Shown here: piece after piece, positions 60,465 to 64,000 of the stretch
Numbering within the stretch: the first letter of the stretch is position 1
How the letters are laid out: every line of letters starts with the position of its first letter
Source of the DNA: Eledone cirrhosa
Taxonomy: Eukaryota
Direction of reading: 5' to 3'
DNA: 64,000 nt
NCBI GenBank assembly: GCA_964016885.1
Contig: OZ024743.1
Location: forward strand, 376,402,001 to 376,466,000
Program-made: the position numbers and the translations under genes
The notes under the pieces: model-generated
Told to the model about the DNA's origin: nothing
The model's database searches: none
What the model saw: only the letters and a program-made list of their open reading frames with translations

Positions 60465-61417
60465 ATCCACTTAGAAATGTGAATCTTTAAAAAACTACCA
60501 AGATTGGAAGTTCAATATATGGTCAAAGCTCTACCAAATATAAAGAAAATCTTTGAGTAGATGGAAGCTACGTAAAGATTCAACAGAAACTTCTAGCTGT
60601 TTTACAGCTTTCCTTGCTTCCTATTTTCCTTTTCTTTTTCATTTTTTTGGGCATAATTAGCCTCATATTGGCCTTCAATATTTGAAATTTTGACTTTAAT
60701 TTTTAAATTTTTAAAAATTTAATTTTCATTTTTTCATTTTTTCATTTTTTCCCTTTTTTTATTTTATTACTTGTTTCACTAGCTGTTTTTGAATACCAAA
60801 AGTAAGAAGTACTTGATACTTCCCATAGTCTGTCACGGTTTACTAGCTCTATACGGACGTTTAAATTGATTAACTAAATAAATAAGTAATATATAAATAA
60901 ATCAAAGAAACTAATAAAATTAATGTTTATTCCAATAGTAATACACAGGCAATGAATGTGAGTTTATACAGGACTAGTGACCCAGTACCGACAATACTGA
61001 CAACAATAACCGCGAATATATTTAATATTTGGTATCAAGGGTTGTAATGGCTTATATATATTGCGATTACTGGATATTAACGCTCATACAAACTGAGAAA
61101 TTTGCGGTTTGATAAATTTATGGTTTGCATAAGAGACGCCCTATAGTTTATGTTGATTACTAACATGCAGGAGTGATTAAAGATAAGAATGATATTTTGA
61201 TAATTTACCTCTAAGATATGATTATATAAATATTCAGCATATATGTACAAATGACTTACACGATTAAATGTATGAGTAACTTCGGGGAAATAACTATTTA
61301 CATGAAGAAATGTAAGGTTAGAACCCAGGAGCTTGTGATTGGAAAGCCAACTTGTTATTGTAGCAATATGACTGAGATAGGAATTATATTGTGTGTAAAT
61401 TTTAAAGAGATACAAAC

Positions 61418-61454
<37 letters not shown>

Positions 61455-61461
<7 letters not shown>

Positions 61462-63405
61462 ATACTTGGGGAGGGTCATATTTGTGTAATAATATTGCCA
61501 GAATTAATAACAGAACACACTCACTGTTTGGTTGGTTTTCGCTTCTCTGTCTTTTATATCGGTTAATTTAATTTATTCAGTCCTCAATGTTACCATTGAC
61601 TGACCAACGGTGAAAAATACAGATACAATATAGACACAAACACATATATATAGTCTATCAAAGTTCTTTCGTTGCACATCTGCAACATCGTCAGTGGTGC
61701 TATTATGTTTCCTCCCGTTGCATTGTATGCCTACGCCATCTTTATTTAGTCTGTTTATTTATTTATTTATTTGTTTATTTTTTGTCTTCTCTGCGCATGC
61801 GTTTGCGTGTGTGTATAGTGTTTTGTTTGATGTGTGTTCTTGTTTGGGTGACTCTGTATTGGTTAATGTATTCTATCTTAGTTTACTAGTGTGTGTTTAT
61901 ATGTGTTTGTTGTTATTGTGCTTGTGTATGCAACCCCACATCACCAACACGAGCGAAATTGCACAGCAAATACATGATGGGAGAGAGAAAATCCTCAACG
62001 CTCACATGATGATGTGGACCGACATCCTAAAGCCAAGCAAACGCACTGCCAACAACTTCCAGGCGTCTAACAATGGCATACCACCCTTGTATGGGCTCCG
62101 CAAAGACTTGGTACGAGTGATGAAGAACGTGTCCCGCATGTGCGACCCAACATAAATGGAAATACACATCCAACACTTCATCAACCGCATGCAGTTCTCT
62201 GGCTACAACCAAAGAGACAGAATCAGAGTATACGAAGGAGCCACGGAGAAGTATAAGACCCTCATAGAACTGGATATGAAAGGAATTTGCCCATTATACA
62301 GGAGCAAATCATGGAATAGCTTAGATAGGACTAGACATAAGATAGGGAAAGCCACCTCATGGTACGACAACCAGAGATACCAGAGTGTGATGTTTGTGGA
62401 CGCTACCCCTGGAGGGAAATTAGCTAACCAGTGTAGAAAGGCCCTGAGAAAGACCCACTTAAAGATTAAGGTGGTAGAAAAGCCAGGAACCACCATAAAA
62501 TCCCTGATCAGCAAAACCTACCCTTTTAAGAAAACCCACTGTACTAATAGGAAATGTATCATATGTAAAGTAAACCCCCGGATAAACTGCGAAACTAGAA
62601 ACGTAGTCTATAGCATAAGATGTAGAGAGGGTACTTGCAGAAACATGACAACAACATACATAGGCGAGACAGAACACTGGGGGGAACTAAAGGGAAAAAA
62701 AAAAAACGATTCAGTACTATACGAACATGCCAGACAACAACACAACGGTAACATAGACAACATAGAAGTTAGAATAATATCTAAACATAGAAATGACCCA
62801 GCAGATAGGCAAATCAGAGAGGCCAGCGAAATAGAACTTAGAAGGCCAAAGCTAAACAGAAAAAATGAATGGAATAACAACACCCAAACAAACAACACTG
62901 ACCCAAGAGAAGAATAAATAAATAAATAAATAAATAAATACATACACAAGCACAATAACAACAAATACATATAAACGCACACTAGTAAACTAAGATAGAA
63001 TACATTAACCAATACACAGTCACCCAAACAAGAACACACATCAAACAAAACACTATAGACACATGCAAACGCATGCGCAGAGAAGACAACAAAATAAACT
63101 AATAAATAAATAAATAAACAGACTAAATAAAGATGGCGTAGGCATACAATGCAACGGGAGGAAACATAATAGCACCGCAAACAATGTTGCAGATGTGCAA
63201 CGAAAGAACTTTGATAGACTATATCTATGTGTTTGTGTCTATATTGTATCTGTATTTTTCACCGTTGGGCAGTCAATGGTAACATTGAGGACCGAATAAA
63301 TTAAATTAACCGATATAAAAGACACAGAAGCGAAAACAGTGAGTGTGTTCGGTTATTAATTCTGGCAATATTATTTCACAAATATGACCCTCCCCAACTA
63401 TAAAA
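61455..63405 (+). mobile_element. Nematis-like Penelope element, RT core deleted, between ~475-bp inverted pLTRs
   Basis: 61455-61930 is the reverse complement of ~62920-63405; IPPLYGLRKD is fused directly to LVRVMKNVS; hammerhead at 61659-61696 (-). Clade assignment is from memory. Confidence 0.85.
62156..62917 (+). pseudogene. PLE RT thumb + GIY-YIG endonuclease
   Basis: FSGY..PLYRSKSW..MFVDATPGG..IKVVEKPG..CTNRKCIIC..NVVYSIRC..YIGET..RQIREA..LNRKNEW. Confidence 0.85.
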
Positions 63406-63779
63406 ATATTTGTTTCAACAGACGATTTCATATCAAAAACCTCACAAAACTATATATATATATATATATATAATTGGTGTTGGATGCTTAAAGCGTCCGT
63501 ATGCGGTAAGCCGTATGAGCACTCGATGCCCTCGTAGAGCAGAGTATGATATCACAGAAAAAGTATTGCCAAGCGAGCTTCTTAACCATTCAGCCATGTT
63601 GTGTCGACGTAGAATCGAGACGTATCCGAGGACCGCGCGATTTCAGAGTCAGGTTTGATCACCATATCGATCGTGCCTCGAGCTGGTCGCCCGAGAAACA
63701 ATTGTAATATGTCCAATAAATTCCTTTCGTCGCAACACTGATTCTTTTTTTTTCTGTGATATATATATATATATAATAG

Positions 63780-63982
63780 AACGTGAGTTTTTTTTTATAA
63801 AATGATTAAAAAAAACCGAGGTGTCCTACACCAGTGAAAGTATGAGGAAAAAAGATGAAATCGAAAATGCAACTGGAGTCTTTTTATTTTTAAATATGTA
63901 TTTATTTGGTCCCTTTACTGGTTTCGCACTTCTTCTGCTTTTCAAGAGTAGAATTTAGATGGAGGGTTGTGGTTTTTCTCAT
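63780..63982 (-). mobile_element. Solo Neptune-like pLTR tail with U3-A8 hammerhead (63911-63950)
   Basis: Colinear with 10558-10770; TTGAAAA..GAAA retained. Confidence 0.8.
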
Positions 63983-64000
63983 ATATATATATATATATAT

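Overview
AT-rich eukaryotic intergenic or intronic DNA, very likely from an octopus or related coleoid cephalopod. This is an inference from the tRNA-derived SINE families and the extreme (TA)n/(TG)n/(ATGT)n load. Nearly all ORFs in the supplied track are microsatellite artefacts, and I found no convincing host gene. The window holds one intact RTE-clade LINE (36128-39673; APE, RT and three C-terminal C2H2 fingers) and a ~610-bp internally deleted relative of it (15151-15760). It also holds fragments of RTE/Expander, L1/Tx1 and R4/Dong LINEs, three different Penelope-like elements (PLEs), two mariner relics, a hAT MITE and many SINEs. The main hidden signal is about 15 minimal type-I hammerhead ribozyme (HHR) motifs from at least 7 sequence families, plus several decayed ones. 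Most have palindromic helix III and lie in short non-coding units in or next to (TA)n tracts. They include a U3-A8 compensatory core variant, a 420-nt head-to-tail HHR unit resembling a retrozyme, and a perfect fold-back palindrome centred on HHR helix II. All calls were made by eye; no searches or folding programs were run.
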